Shown here: in pieces, positions 1 through 15,489 of the stretch
How the letters are laid out: each line of letters opens with the position of its first letter
Position numbering within the stretch: position 1 is the stretch's first letter
Assembly: GCF_006345805.1 (NCBI RefSeq)
Contig: NC_042999.1
Coordinates: 28,148,001-28,212,000 of the forward strand
Source of the DNA: Octopus sinensis
Taxonomy: Eukaryota
DNA length: 64,000 bases
Direction of reading: 5' to 3'
Notes under the pieces: model-generated
What the model saw: only the letters and a program-made list of their open reading frames with translations
What the model was told of the DNA's origin: nothing
The model's database searches: none
Made by a program: the position numbers and the translations under genes

Positions 1-2530
1 TGTGACTGACGAACAGGCTGGTGAAAAGAAGAGAGTATGGGGATGTGTGCCAAACAACTTTTAATAAACAAAACTATAATGTCTGAAGAAAACAACGCCG
101 AAGCCTTGTGGCGGTATGGCTTGACTATAAGAAGGCGTTCGACTCTATCCCTCATTCATGGCTGTTGAAGTACCTACATCTGGCAAAGGTACCTACTACC
201 TTAATTGTTACTATAAAGAGACTCACAAAGGCATGGATAACTATTCTTACTCTTACAACACAGAACAGAATAATGCTTCTAATAGTATAGGCATTACAAA
301 GGGATATTCCAGGGAGAGTCTTCTACTTCTTTTCATTTTGGCATTGAATCTATTATCGTTCCTACTGCAGAAAACAAATGGTTATATGCTAGGATATTCA
401 ACTGCCAGAATGTAACTCATAAAAGGCGGCGAGCTGGCAGAAACGTTAGCATGCCGGGCGAAATGCGTAGCCGTATTTTCGTCTGCCGTTACGTTCTGAG
501 TTCAAATTCCGCCGAGGTCGACTTTGCCTTTCATCCTTTCGGGGTCGATAAATTAAGTACCAGTTACGCACTGGGGTCGATATAATCGACTTAATCTGTT
601 TGTTTGTCCTTGTTTGTCCTCGCTGTGTTTAGCCCCTTCTGGGTAGTAAAGAAAAAAGTATTTCGTCTGCCGTTACGTTCTGAGTTAAAATTCCGCCGAG
701 GTCGACTTTGCCTTTCATACTTTCGGGGTCGCTAAATTAAGTACCAGTTATGCACTGGGGTCGATATAATCGACTTAACCTCTTTGTCTGTCCTTGTTTG
801 TCCCCTCTATGTTTAGCCCCTTGTGGGCAATAAAGAAATAAGAATGTAACTCATAATTTCTTTGTAGCCGACCAACCTAAAGATTTATGCCAAACAACTT
901 TTAATAAAGAAAGCTGTACTGTCTTGTGTTATCAATGCAAAAAAAATCGGATTTAATAACATTTTCAGCTAATATAGGCATGGAATTTGACCAAAAGAAG
1001 TGCTCATACTTGGTTATTGAACGGGGAAAGTCAGTGCCCCAAACTCAAAACCTGTGCGTCAACGGCCTCTCTATCTCCCTCATTCCACACAATGAATGTT
1101 ACAAGTACCTAGGCATAGACGAAAATGTATCATATGAAGGTACTGTGTATAAAGATAGAGTAACCCGAGAATATTACACCAGACTTAGAAAAATATGCCA
1201 GCCAGAACTCTCCTTTTACAACAAAACAGTTTCCCACAAAACATTTTCAGTACCAGTGCTGATCCCAACATTTGGGATACTTGACTGGTCTGTAGGGGAA
1301 ATCCACTCCATAGATGTCAAATCCCGCAAAATCCTCATACCAACTGGGAATTTCCACAGAAACAGTAATGTTGACAGGATCTACCTAAGAAGAAATAAAG
1401 GTGGTAGAGGCCTGAATTCAGTGCAGACAGCCATCCAATGCCATATAATATCACTAAACAATAGCAGCAAAAATAAATATATTAATGTAGTCCGAAAAGT
1501 GATGTGAGCAACATTGTACGAGTTGGCAGCGATCTCCTCAAGAAACACTCGCTTCCTGATGATCTCCTATACAGTCCCAAAACAGCTGGGCTCTCTTACC
1601 TCAGAGAAGACCTGGATGGAAAGCACACAGCATACAAAAAAAAGCCATGCATGGGTATGTTGCCCGGAAGCTTGAAGAAGAGAGTAGAATTGACACGAAG
1701 AGCAGCCGCTCTTAGAACGAAGACTATACATCACATCACATCACACTTTGAAGGCTTTGCGTTTGCAATCCAGGAACAGGAGATTACCACAAGTACCTGG
1801 CGAACAATAGAGAGAGTGACGCTCTTGTAATCCCAAAGTGCCAACGCACGTGTAGGCTATGTCATGTTTCTGTGGAGGCATTACGCTTGTGATTAGCAGC
1901 TGTCCTAAAATGCCGTAACGGTACTACCTCCCTATGTGGCCCGATGTTGTTGGTAAAACAATTTACAATGCCATCCAACAAAAAAGACTGTCCTGAAATA
2001 AACTTAGAAAACCCATCTGTTACGGAATACATTCATAAACACCAAATCAAGGAAGAATACTGGTGGAATATTCCCATCAAAACTTCTGTCAAATGTAAGC
2101 ATAACAAGTTGGATATTGATGTTTGGGACAGAGGGGCAAAGGTATGTATCATAATAGAGGTTAGCTGCCCTGCAGATATAAATATCTCTTTGAAAATCGA
2201 AGATAGAGAGGACATCTATGGACAACTGCTTCGAAACCTCCAGCTTCTATAACCAGACTATGAATTCATATTCACACCAATAATATTTGGAGCATTAGGT
2301 TTTGTTAGTAAATGTTTAAAGGAGGATCTGGATAAACCGGGACTCTCAGAGAGAGAATCTGACCAGCTTATTCGTACATTACAAGTCCCAACTGTGAGTG
2401 GAGCAGTAAAAATATGCAAAATTTTTCTCGAGCTCCATATGTGAATTTGCTTATATTAACTACATCCCATAGATGGAACGTTGTATTGTTGTTGGAGACC
2501 GGCTCCCTCCTCAGTGGAAGATCTATAATA
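1..2530 (+). mobile_element. Decayed RLE-type non-LTR retrotransposon (R4/Dong-like), RT to endonuclease, interrupted by a SINE and ending at a (CATA)n tract
   Basis: Frameshifted fragments WLDYKKAFDSIPHSWL (RT), YKYLG, DRIYLRRNKGGRGL, FEGFAFAIQEQEI and the PD-(D/E)xK-like HNKLDIDVWD..IIEVSCP; stops and frameshifts throughout. Confidence 0.85.
423..840 (+). mobile_element. tRNA-derived SINE, family A, with tandem duplication of its 3' ~185 bp
   Basis: A-box-like GCTGGCAGAAACG, B-box GAGTTCAAATTCC; 16-bp TSD AGAATGTAACTCATAA at 407-422 and 841-856. Confidence 0.9.
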
Positions 2531-2547
2531 ATTATAAAATAGAAGAG

Positions 2548-2656
2548 ACATACATACATACATACATACATACATACATACATACATACATACATACATA
2601 CATACATACATACATACATACATACGTACATACATACATACATACATATACATACA
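2548..2656. repeat. (CATA)n microsatellite
   Basis: Direct reading; source of the MYVC/HTYI artefact ORFs. Confidence 0.95.
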
Positions 2657-5600
2657 TTCATTCAATACGTACGAATCCGTTGCTCTAACCACTGGGCCAT
2701 TGTGCCTCACAGACTTATGACCAAATACGTTCGAATTACCATCACCCGTAGCATAGTGTAATCTAGACTATACCATAGAAATCTCCATAGAAAAGTAAGA
2801 AGATATGGCAGTTATTTCCAGCCAATTTAGACTTCACCAAGAAGTATCCTTGTTTTGGACTGTATACTAATGATTGATTAAGTCAGTGGAGCAGAGAGGT
2901 AATTTATAGGAAAGGTGTATAGTTACTGAAACCTGCTGCAACTCTAATATTATTGACTTATGAAAACTGATTACCAAAGTTTGTTTTATACCTGTATTAA
3001 AGGCTACAACTATTACTGTAATCTATTAATACTGTTCAGCTTTTCATCATGGTCACTTGAGTAATAAGATGGATTAAAGAGCCAGATGTGTCCTTTCGTA
3101 AACTTCTGAAAGCTATCGTTGGCGTTTAAATTATTTCTTTAGAAAATCAATATTTTTCGTGATTATGAGTCTCTTTGAGAAATTATTGCAAATATATGTT
3201 ATGGTATTCTCATTAATGCGTAATTAACTATCGAATTTATGTTGGAAACCTGACTCACGTCTATGTTACATTCATATTACAGCTCACCAAAAATATATTA
3301 CAAAACAAGAAAAAAAAATGTTAAGTAAATGTTAAAACTAGTAAGTAGGAAAATCTTCATTGCAGTATGTTATTTACATGTGTTCAAGTTCCAACCTTTC
3401 TAGATTCGATTTGCCTTTTCGCTACTCTGTAGTGAATAAGAGTACTAGACAAGATTTGGGGGTCGATTAAATCGACTATATACCCACTTTTTTGCTTTGG
3501 ATCAATACCAGGTATTAATATTAATATGAAGTATTAATATTTTCGTATAATTTTTCTATTTCAAATTTTTAAAGACATCACCTTGCCTACCTCTCATCTA
3601 TTTTATGGTTGCAGTTATGATTGTGTCGTTCAAGGCTTCTAGAATGGATACCACCCTCTAGAACCTTGAATAAGTGATCTCTGATATAGCTTCATAATGA
3701 CTAATGCTATGAGAATGGAGTTTGGTGTGGTGTAACTGTATGATCTAGTGTCATACACGCACGCACATACACGCACGCACATACACGCACACACACACAT
3801 ACACGCACACACACACACAAACACATGTAAATCTATGTAGTAGATATACAAAGCTGGCAAATTTAATCGATTTTCGGACCTTATTGAGCTCTTATCAGAG
3901 GTATTACATCACTTGACCACAACCATCCAGTGTGTTTATATGCACAAAAAATCGATTAGCTTCAAAGAACAGGAGCTACTAAGTACAAATAAACCCGAGT
4001 TTCAGAAATGTTAGGTTGCAGAAAATTTTGCCGTAATATAGTATTGTGTTACACAAAAGAGCTTTTCGATTAGTTTCCAAGTTACATGGAATTTGGTGCT
4101 TTACGCGATATAACGTTAGCTGGGTTCCAATTGAATCGTTTCTTGTCACAAGACGAATCTCAGACAAAATCTTTTGTGATATTTAGTAACGGTTTAAACT
4201 TGAATTCAAATCCCACCGCTGTCAACTTTGCATGTCATTCTAACAGGTCCGATGAAATAAAATACCTGTCATGTACTGGAGTCATTTTCCTAAACTTTAC
4301 TTCTCCAACAAATCTGAAATCTTGTTCCAATGGCAGAAATCAATAATTCGTAACATTCCTGGAATCACTGAATTTATATCTGACTTTTTATTTCTTTTCT
4401 GTATTAATGCTTTGTAGTTGACAATATCAGCAACAAATGCTATTGTTGTTGTTTGACCCTAGACAAACCTTAAGCAAGCCCTTTTCCAGTTGATCGACAG
4501 CGAGGAACATCCCAGGCGTCACAATCCTTCTTTTTATTTTGTCACAATGCACACGAATTACATTGTCAAATGAGTTATTTTTTGCTTTAGAAAAAAAAAA
4601 ACAAAACAAAAAAAAAACAGATGGCCCCTACAACTAACTATTCAAGCGATCACGTAAATACTCTCATATTGGCCTGTATAAGCACTAGTAATATACTGTT
4701 ACTAATATACTGTAAGCTAGTCATGCGCAATTACATAGCTTTAGATCAAGATTAGTAATAATTAGTTAAATGATTCTATTACTAAGAATTCGAAACACTC
4801 GTTATTATAAACAAAATATTTCCCTGCAGCCGTGGGCCAATCTGTACCTAGTGAGCGAATTTTGGGAGATAGAAACTGTATAAAAAGTCGGCAGTCCAAG
4901 AGAAGTTTCATGCCATTGAATGACAAATAGTTCATCACCTATTCTAATACCACCGTCTGATCCTTAAATGCCTGATCCTTAGATGTCTGATCCGTTGAAT
5001 ATATTGAGGATAGTCCACTGATGTGAGGGTAACGTCTTTTCCCCAATCTCTCATAGAAACCCTAAAAATGGTCGTTGCTGTTGCTTGACCTCCACTGATA
5101 AAATAGTAATTGTTTCTATTTTAGGCACAATGACATTAATATCAAGAACAGGATATCAGACAATACTATTGCACACAGTACTAGATTCATACTTTATTTA
5201 TCTGCCTCGGGAGGATGAGAAGTAAAATCGAGTTCGGTAGGACTTGAGCTCAGTAACGAACATAACTGGTGACCATAATGCATTTTATCCGACGTTCTAA
5301 GTATTCTGCCAACCCACCGCACTTTAAGAATTACTTCTGATTTAAGCAAGCGTCTAGCAATATTGAGGGTAGGGTTTAATTGACGTCATAGACACCAGTA
5401 CTTAACTGGACTGTATCGACTCTGGAGCAGAGTTGGCCTCAGCAGACTTTGCACTCAGATGGGAAGAAATCAGAATTGTTACCGCAGAGCATTTCTCCCT
5501 GACTAAGTAATAACAAATGTTGCGCAGTGAAGGTATATAGCAAACCTCAGCGAAAAGCCCACGAGTTATCAGTGTGTTACACAGACATATACAGCGGAGA

Positions 5601-5812
5601 ATTCGGAGAAATTTAGTAGACCAGGTTAAAAAGGATACTAACGACTAGCAGTATTCAACAGCCGTATTTAAGTATAATTTGCTTAATCACCAACCAATTC
5701 AGCAAACTCATTTCTATAGCCATCTTCAAAAATATAGACAATTTGATGCCATTAATATGGTGATATCGACTATTTCATGTGACTCTTTACTAAAACACAT
5801 CTAATTGTCGCT

Positions 5813-5853
<41 letters not shown>

Positions 5854-5863
5854 TACATGATAG

Positions 5864-6282
5864 GGATCCTTTTCGGTTTGAACGGCAGTTTTTTCTAGCG
5901 GTGTCATATGAAATTGTCACCCATAATTATGACCCTAGTATCGATCTATTGCATTTCAATCTATTTTAGGGTTAGGGTTAGGGGTGGGGGGAAGGGTATC
6001 TTTTTTTCTTCACAAATGTAAGTAAACCCAATCTGTTTTTTAAAGGAGGGACATATTCACACGGCACAGAATGTTGTTTACCTCAATGGACGTCAGTGAT
6101 TGGTTGAAATTGCAGAAATTGAAGAAAAAACAACAACAAATATCTTACAAACCATATACTTTTCCCAATAAAGCCAAGAGAAAAAGATGTTTTATAAACA
6201 CATTCTACCAGTATACGAAGTTTAAAATATTTTAGTTACCTAGAAATTATGTTAAAAACTGCCGTTCAAACCGAAAAGATCC
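5864..6282 (+). mobile_element. MITE with ~28-bp TIRs and 8-bp TSD (Merlin-like), carrying internal TTAGGG repeats
   Basis: Termini GGATCCTTTTCGGTTTGAACGGCAGTTTT...AAAACTGCCGTTCAAACCGAAAAGATCC; TSD CATGATAG at 5856-5863 and 6283-6290; second copy at 51736-52156. Confidence 0.85.
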
Positions 6283-6733
6283 CATGATAGTAAAATGCTA
6301 CGCGGAAAGACGGTGATAAAAGATACACCACTAATGAATCAGAAAAAAACAGCACAAAGGATGTGGTCGCGCTCACCCTTATCACAATTACGACACCTTA
6401 TTGATATCGATAGCATTGTTCCATTTGGCGACGTCAGCAGCGAAACCATGTAAGAGCATAAATGAGCATTTACATGGTTTCAAGCACAAAATATGATGGG
6501 GTCTCCAGAGTGAACAGTAAAATGGACGAGTTATCAGGACTATGGGGAAACTATATAAAAAAAGAAGAGAGAGTTTACGAAAAAAAGCAAAAGACGAAGA
6601 CAGGTGTTGTACATATATATTTGGATTTTCATTTTATATATATATTTATATATCATTCTTTGTATTATAGTGCATTGTTGTGTCATTCAAAACATTTTAT
6701 TCCTTATATATATACATTTATATATATACATAT

Positions 6734-6787
<54 letters not shown>

Positions 6788-6790
<3 letters not shown>

Positions 6791-7010
6791 AGAGTTTACG
6801 ACAAAAACAAAAGACGAAGACAGGTGGTGTATAAAACAAACAGATATATTAGTATAACGCTCAGGAATAGAAAAAGTCTTTTACATTTCGAGTCTACGCT
6901 CTTCTACAGAAAGGGACATAGAAAACAATGAGAGAAACAAGGAGAGAAAAAAATGTGTGTAGTGGCTAACGATCTATCATGGCAACAAGTGCCGGACAGA
7001 CGGTCAAACC
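6788..7010 (-). mobile_element. Probable PLE pLTR fragment next to (TA)n, with a degenerate HHR-like motif at 6878-6913
   Basis: Minus strand reads cttt-CTGTAGAA-gagc gtag actc-GAAA-tg-TA-aaag; its end is partly duplicated at ~6568-6612. Confidence 0.45.
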
Positions 7011-8019
7011 TTCTGTTTGGTCAGAAGAAGACCAAGATCAAGAATGAAAAAGTAAACGATACAAGTTCATTTTATACGAAGAAAGCCTTTCAACTATATG
7101 TTAGAACTAAGTTATAAAATGCATATAGAAAAATAAGACAAATCAAGAGCTGAAACACATTCTATGACAAGAGTGGAAAAATTACATCACAGCAACTAAA
7201 ATAAAGAAAAAGGGAACTAAATCTAAAAGAATAAACAATATTTATTTGTATCTACATTCAATTATACAACTGATCACGTTTTAAATTATAACAGTTAAAT
7301 ACAAATCGACACAGTTTATTTGTGATCTTTATATACAAAGAAACAAGAGAAATAGAAAGATAAAAACGAAAAGAAAGAAAAAAAAAGGGATGGGTAAAGC
7401 TGCAAAAGATGGAGTGGGAAGGGGCCGAAAAGATGGGTAGGTTTAGAAACAGGATTGTCACGTGCTACGTTTAAGAGAGTGGTGAGAAAGAGCGGGTTTT
7501 AACGGGTAGAGTGAAAGACTGCGAATGAAAGAAAGGGATATGTCGAACACAGAGAGGAAAGGGTAGGAATGGACGAAACAAATAAAGAATTAGAGAGAAG
7601 TTAGAGAGATCAAATACAAAGTAAGAGGGAGTGTGAAATAAGGGGTGACATGGTTGACAGAGGAAGTAATAGAAAACTAAGTAAAGGGACATGGTGTTGG
7701 GGCAGATAAGTAGAAAGAAATGTAGGGATAGAAGGATATTTGAAGAGAGTGGTAGGAACTAAAAAAGGCGAAGTGTACAAAATAATAACAGAAGATAGAG
7801 CGTAAGCAGGGAAAGAAAAGAGAGGGTGAAAGAGAGTAAAGAAGAAAGAACGAAAGAGAGACTGAGTGATGCGCACACACATACATACCAATATACAGGA
7901 AAGAAGAAAAAATGTTCAGGCCCAGAGGATGCTGGTACAAGTTTTATACTTGTTCTACACTAGTGGGAATGTAGTATTGATTTCAAATATCGGTCAAAAG
8001 CCAGCAATTTCAGAGGTTA

Positions 8020-8636
8020 CAATTTCAATTGGTTACATCGACACCAGTACTCAAATGGTACTTATTCTACCGACCCCAAAAGGATGAAGAGCAAAGTCAA
8101 ACTGGGCGGAATTTGAACTCAGAACGTAAAGCCGAACAAAATGCCGCTAATGATTTTGCCCGGCATGCTAACGATTCTGTCAGCTCACTGCCTATCAGTT
8201 TCTGATATTTATTTCTTTATTGCCCACAGGGGGCTAAACATAGAGGGGACAAACAAGGACAGACAAGGGGATTGAGTTGATTATATCGACCCCAGTGATT
8301 TCCTGGTACTTATTTAATCGACCCCGAAAGGATGAAAGGCAAAGTCGACCTCGAATGTAGCGGCAGACGAATTACGGCTGCTCATTTCGCCCGGCGTGCT
8401 AACGTTTCTGCCAGCTTGCCTCAGTTTCTAATATAAAGACTGCGAGCTGGCTAAATCGTTAGTAGCGTGGGCAAAAATACGTAGTGACATTTCGTTTGTC
8501 TTTACGTTCTAAGTTCAAATTCCGCCGAGGTCGACTTTTTCCTTCATCCTCTCGTACCAATTTAACACTGGGGCTCGATGTAATCGGCTTATCTCTTCCA
8601 TGAAATTGTTGGGCTTGTTGCAACATCTGAAACCAA
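8020..8636. mobile_element. Cluster of three family A SINEs (about 8020-8193 -, 8209-8420 -, 8437-8636 +)
   Basis: Similarity to 423-840; the middle copy has TSD TCAGTTTCT(G/A)ATAT at 8195-8208 and 8421-8434. Confidence 0.8.
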
Positions 8637-10134
8637 TATTTATATCTTATATCAACAAGTGCCTGTACATTTCTAGAGACAGATTACAATCCATTGAATC
8701 AATAATTATTTGTTAAATATTTCTTCATATTGATTCATCTGTGATTTAAAAATAAAGGTACCACTATATCTAAGGAGATTTTCACTCAGATTTTAGTTAT
8801 AGGATATTCAATACTATATGGTGTTTAGCCAAATGCTTTGTACTTTGCACCGAATAACGATGGCTAGCATAGGTACAAAAACGTCAAATGGAAAGCCTGA
8901 TTACTCTGTACTATTATAAATTAAGAATGTATCTAGCGCTACATCGGACAATATAATTTTAGATAGACGATATCCGAAAGAAAATACTGAATGGTTATAG
9001 CTGGAATACTTTTAAATATCGATTTATTCATTCAGGATCAACCTGTAGCTAAACAACAACAACAACAACAATAACAACAACAACAACAATAACAACAACA
9101 GCAAAGACAATGATATCAATCTGCAAGAAGTATTCTGCTATTAGAAGAAGCTTACAAGATCTCCATGTGACGAATTGGCGCAGATACGTGACATTAAGTT
9201 ATGGGAGCAAGACATTTAGAAGACGCTAACAATAGCCCTTGTCCAACCTGTGTCATTTCTTCCAATAATTTTCCTCTTTACAAAAGGTGATTGAAACATT
9301 TCTATAGTTATCGATTTTCGACATGAGAATTATTATCTGTTTTCCGGTATAATGACTATGTGTAATTACTAGAAAACTACTACGAGTTAACTCATTAAAG
9401 CCTATATCACATTTGATCGAACGGCTACATTCTTCTAGTGGCTGGATAATTTAATAAAGACTCCATACAGAAAGAATACCGTCGTTTCTCTTTCCTTTTC
9501 CTTCTTTTTTTATGTATTGGTATTCAATGTTTCGCATATAATGTACATTCGATTAGCAGCAAATTGGGTTACAGATTTACGATCACGTTGCTTACAATGT
9601 ACAGATGAAATCAATAGCAGTATTTGATTCTATTTTACATATATCACTCATAAAGATCAGAATCAGGTAAAATTATACGGGGAAACTTTTGGTAAATTTA
9701 CTGATATCAACTAGAGATTTGTTTGTTATTGTTCTTATTGTTATTATTGTTTAGTACCAGGCTGGGGCTGCTCGAGGAGACTTCTTATAGAAGTCATTCT
9801 AGCCATGACTGTCCATACTTTCTGGATATTGTTTATTGTTTGACTGCATTATGCAACATGTTATTTATGTTAAGGACAATAGAGTATAAGTTGGTGGACA
9901 TATTTATTAGCTGTTACATTTAGCAGCTTGAACGACTGCATAGAAGTCCTATATTGGCGCAACAGTTGATTTGCTACGATGCATAGGAGAAAATTCCGCG
10001 AAAGACTGTCAATACAAATTTGATAGGTACGTTGTGGTCTAGAAGATAAAGCATATTATAATGTATTCAATAATGTTAGAGAAATAAACAAAATGACATT
10101 ATGATGGCAATGATGATGATGATGATGACCATGA

Positions 10135-11650
<1,516 letters not shown>

Positions 11651-12648
11651 TGACAAATACAAACAAGAAATCATACCACCTAATAAACACAAAGAAGAAG
11701 AAGAAGATGATGAAGAAACAACAAAAGCTATAAAACAAATGAAATCCAAACTAAAAATAGAACAGCAAAGAGCCATGATAAAACGATGGCAAGAAAAGCC
11801 CCTTCATGGTAAATACTGCACTAAACTAAACGCAAAAGAAATAGACAAAGAAAAATCCCAGCAATGGTTGAGAAGCTCAGGACTCAAAGCAGAAACAGAG
11901 GGTTTTTTAATTGCAGCACAAGACCAAAGCCTCCCCACCAGAAATTACCAAAAACATGTAATGAAAAGAAATATTACAAGTAACTGCAGAATATGTGGAG
12001 ATGGACAAGAAACAATAAATCATATAATCTCTAGCTGCCCAGTCCTGGCTAAGAAGGAATATATTCACAGACATGACAGAGTTGGAACCTACATACATTG
12101 GAAGCTATGCCAACATTATGGAATAACAACAGAAAAAAGATGGTATAGGCACACACCAGAAAAGGTCACAGAAAACGAGAAAGCAACCATACTCTGGGAT
12201 ATGCCGATACACACAGATAGAGAAATTAAGGCCAACAGACCAGATATAGTTGTCAGAGATCATGAAGAAAAAAAATGCTTTCTAATTGATGTATCAATAC
12301 CAGCAGATGACAACGTGTCTCTAAACGAAATGGAGAAACTCTCAAAATACAAAGACCTGGAAATAGAGGTAACTAGAATGTGGAACCTGAAAACAGAAAC
12401 AATTCCTATCATAGTAGGCGCATTAGGCATGATAAAAAAATATTCAGACAAATACATAACAAAGACACCAGGACTTACAAACACATATAACATACAGAAA
12501 ATTGCACTACTATGGACTGCACACATCCTACGCAAAACACTTTCCATACAATAACCATCAGAGCATCACAACAAATCACAGCACATACCCAAGGCACACA
12601 GAGCTGCGCTCAGTAGTGAAGTGAAAGCACGCTATAAAAATAAAACTA

Positions 12649-12651
<3 letters not shown>
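11651..12651 (+). mobile_element. 5'-truncated R4/Dong-like non-LTR retrotransposon in (TAA)n
   Basis: Open C-terminal ORF plus ~95-nt 3' UTR, followed directly by (TAA)n. Confidence 0.92.
11739..12554 (+). CDS. C-terminal part of RLE non-LTR polyprotein: CCHC zinc knuckle and restriction-like endonuclease (truncated, lacks RT)
   Basis: ETEGFLIAAQDQSL, CRICGDGQETINHIISSC, RHD, RPDIVV...LIDVSIP...KLSKY motifs in a 271-aa open frame. Confidence 0.85.
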   Translation: MKSKLKIEQQRAMIKRWQEKPLHGKYCTKLNAKEIDKEKSQQWLRSSGLKAETEGFLIAAQDQSLPTRNYQKHVMKRNITSNCRICGDGQETINHIISSCPVLAKKEYIHRHDRVGTYIHWKLCQHYGITTEKRWYRHTPEKVTENEKATILWDMPIHTDREIKANRPDIVVRDHEEKKCFLIDVSIPADDNVSLNEMEKLSKYKDLEIEVTRMWNLKTETIPIIVGALGMIKKYSDKYITKTPGLTNTYNIQKIALLWTAHILRKTLSIQ

Positions 12652-12719
<68 letters not shown>

Positions 12720-12758
12720 TAATAATAATAATAATGATAATAATAATAATAATAGTAA

Positions 12759-13280
12759 AAAATGACCTGATGCAGTACCAAGCAGTGGTTTTCATGGAAG
12801 TGTTATTATGTATATTGTTTTGTCTTGGGACAAAAGACGGGCTGTAGCAAATATTCTGCTCAATAACACAGATTTGCTTGTCAGCTGCTTGACCTTAATC
12901 AGTTCAACATGTCCCTTAGGGGCTGGTGATAAGTGCATCTCTGATCACCAACAGAAGTAGTGGGGGAGCACCAAAGTAATGTGTTGAGAGGAATTCTTTG
13001 GGGTCTGAATAATTCTCCTCTGAGAACATGTGTGTTTTATTCATCACCCTTAAACAACCCTAATTCAGGGACCTTTTGAGTGAGATGGGCTACTCGACCA
13101 GACGAATATTCTAACTGGGCCCCACCTGCAAGGTCATGCGCTGTTTATCTTGATATGAGATCACCATATCGCGATCATATGTTTGTGATGCATGTGCCTG
13201 GTAGTCATGATGGGTATAATGGGCTTCGTATATTTGTGCCCCAGTTTCACTTTGATGGAATGCACTGCTCTATCACCCAA
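12759..13280 (+). mobile_element. Element X, second copy (internal deletions)
   Basis: Inverse match to 10168-10723; same 5' start (AAATG(A/C)CCTGATGCAGTACCA) and TAA tail. Confidence 0.8.
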
Positions 13281-13699
13281 TAATAATAGGAATGATAATT
13301 TCTTATACTTGGCACTCGGGACTTGGCACTTGGACGAAGGATGAAGGTTCAATACAAGGACAGACATAAAGTGTAGGGGTTTACATATCATAAAATGACA
13401 AAATAATAGTTTCAAATTTTGGCACAAGGCTGGAAATTTCGTGGGTAGGTTTATGATAAATTTTTGTCAGAAATTATTTTCCCTCTTTTTGGACTCCTCA
13501 AAAAGTTTGAATTGTTCTACTTGAACTTATATTTCTCTCTTTCTCTCTCTCTCTCTCGCTCACACACACACATATGTGTGTGTATGTGTGTGCACATGTA
13601 TACATGCACACGCGCATAAATTCTGTTTTGTTTTAACCTGGGAAGTCAAAATCAAAATGAATGATTGCTTCAGCCTCCACATATTCTGACGTCACATAT

Positions 13700-14830
13700 T
13701 CTGACGTCACTTTTATTTCTATTCTGCTTTATATACGTTATTCATAAGAATGTTTCGTCATATGCCTCGTTCAAAATCCTTCGATTTAATCCTTGGGTTC
13801 ATTGTTTTCAGCCTGTGACGAATTGTTTTCTCTGTTTCTGAAATAATTTTCAGTCTTGCCTTGTGTAGCATATCTTGTGCCTTTCCCTGTCACGGTTTTA
13901 GTTCGATTGATTCCATTGCCGTTCGTATTCCTATCCAACATTTTTCAACCCTTGGCATTGCACTTCTTTATACCTATTATATAAAATAACACGATGCAGC
14001 GTGCTAGCAGAATCGTTAGACCACTGGGCAAAATGCTTAGCAGCATTTAGTCAGTCCGTACGTTTGAGTTAAAATACTGCCGATGTCGACTTTGCTTTTC
14101 TTCTCTCTCTGGGTCGATTAAATAAATACCAGTTGAGGTCTGGCGTCGATGTAATCGACTAACTCCTTCCCCCGAAACTGCTGATCTTGTCCCAAAATTT
14201 GAAACCAATATATAAAACAGTTTAAATTTTGAGAATTGTTTATACGTTTATTAACACTGGATTCCAACTATTTAGCGATATCTTAATTCTGGCAGTTTTG
14301 ATTTCTGGTAGATTTCTTCTTATGATATATTACTGCAATTTTTCTCTTTTTATTTTATTTTCGATTTTAATTTCATAAAGGATTCGTAGATTTTTTCTCT
14401 GCATCTTTGTTTTCCACGTTGCTTTGTTTCAGTTTTGACATTCCCCCGATGAGTAAATCTGAGTAACAATATTTCTTTTGTATCTACTCTTTTCATTAAT
14501 TCTCAGATGACAAGATTTGCACTCTTTTTATTGATATTACTATTTCGTAGTTGAATTTATTCTTGTGAGATGTTTTTTATTCTTTTGTTTAAAGAAAGTT
14601 CTTATATTGATTTTGGTTCTTTAACTATTTGAATCTTTACATTGTTGTTATGTTCAAACTTTTTAATCTTTAAAATGTTCTGTTAATAAATATCTAATAT
14701 ATTCTCATTCATTCATAATTCATTTGCATTGTTCATGTTTGGTTTCCGTTGACCAATATTTTGTATGACTGCTAAGATTTCATTTTGTCGAGTTTTTCTT
14801 CGGTCACATTCGTGCTCGATGGAAAATCTA
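13700..14830 (-). mobile_element. Highly decayed N-terminal part of an RLE-type LINE, interrupted by a family A SINE (~13995-14208)
   Basis: Only weak residual peptide resemblance; the SINE itself is clear. Confidence 0.35.
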
Positions 14831-14984
14831 CAGGGGATTAGTGGCGAACAAGTGCAGATTATGTTCTTGGAGAAACTACAGGTGTCAACTAGAATCTGTT
14901 GCTGGTCTGTTTTGGTGAACTTTCCGTCCTGGGCTCATAAATAATTTCCAGAAATCTACGGTACAACTATCGAAATCGTTGCCA

Positions 14985-15155
14985 GGCGCAGGAGTGGCTG
15001 TGTGGTAAGTAGCTTGTCTACCAACCACATGGTTCCGGGTTCAGTCCCACTGCGTGGCAGCCTGGGCAAGTGTCTTCTACTATAGCCTTGGGCCGACCAA
15101 AGCCTAGTGAGTGGATTTGGTAGACGGAAACTGAAAGAAGCCCGTCGTATATATG

Positions 15156-15234
<79 letters not shown>

Positions 15235-15460
15235 TGTGTGTGTTTGTGTGTCTGCGTTTGTCCCCTAGCTTTGCTTGACAACCGATACTGGTGTGTTTAT
15301 GTCCCCGTTACTTAGCGGTTCGGCAAAAGAGACCTATAGAATAAGTACTGGGCTTACAAAAGAATAAGTCCCGGGGTCGAGTTGTCGATTAAAAAGGCGG
15401 TGCTCCAGCATGGCCACAGTCAAATGACTGAAACAAGTAAAAGAGTAAAAGAGTAAAGAG
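14985..15460 (+). mobile_element. tRNA-derived SINE, family B, with internal (TA)n(TG)n tract
   Basis: Head GGCGCAGGAGTGGCTGTGTGGTAAG, B-box GGTTCAGTCCC, CORE-like CCTGGGCAAGT, tail (GAGTAAAA)n; multiple copies in window. Confidence 0.9.
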
Positions 15461-15489
15461 TTCGTGATACAATCTACAGGTACGATAGA

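Noticed and set aside
5966-5983. Interstitial telomere
   Set aside because: Only three TTAGGG units, lying inside a MITE that is present twice in the window.
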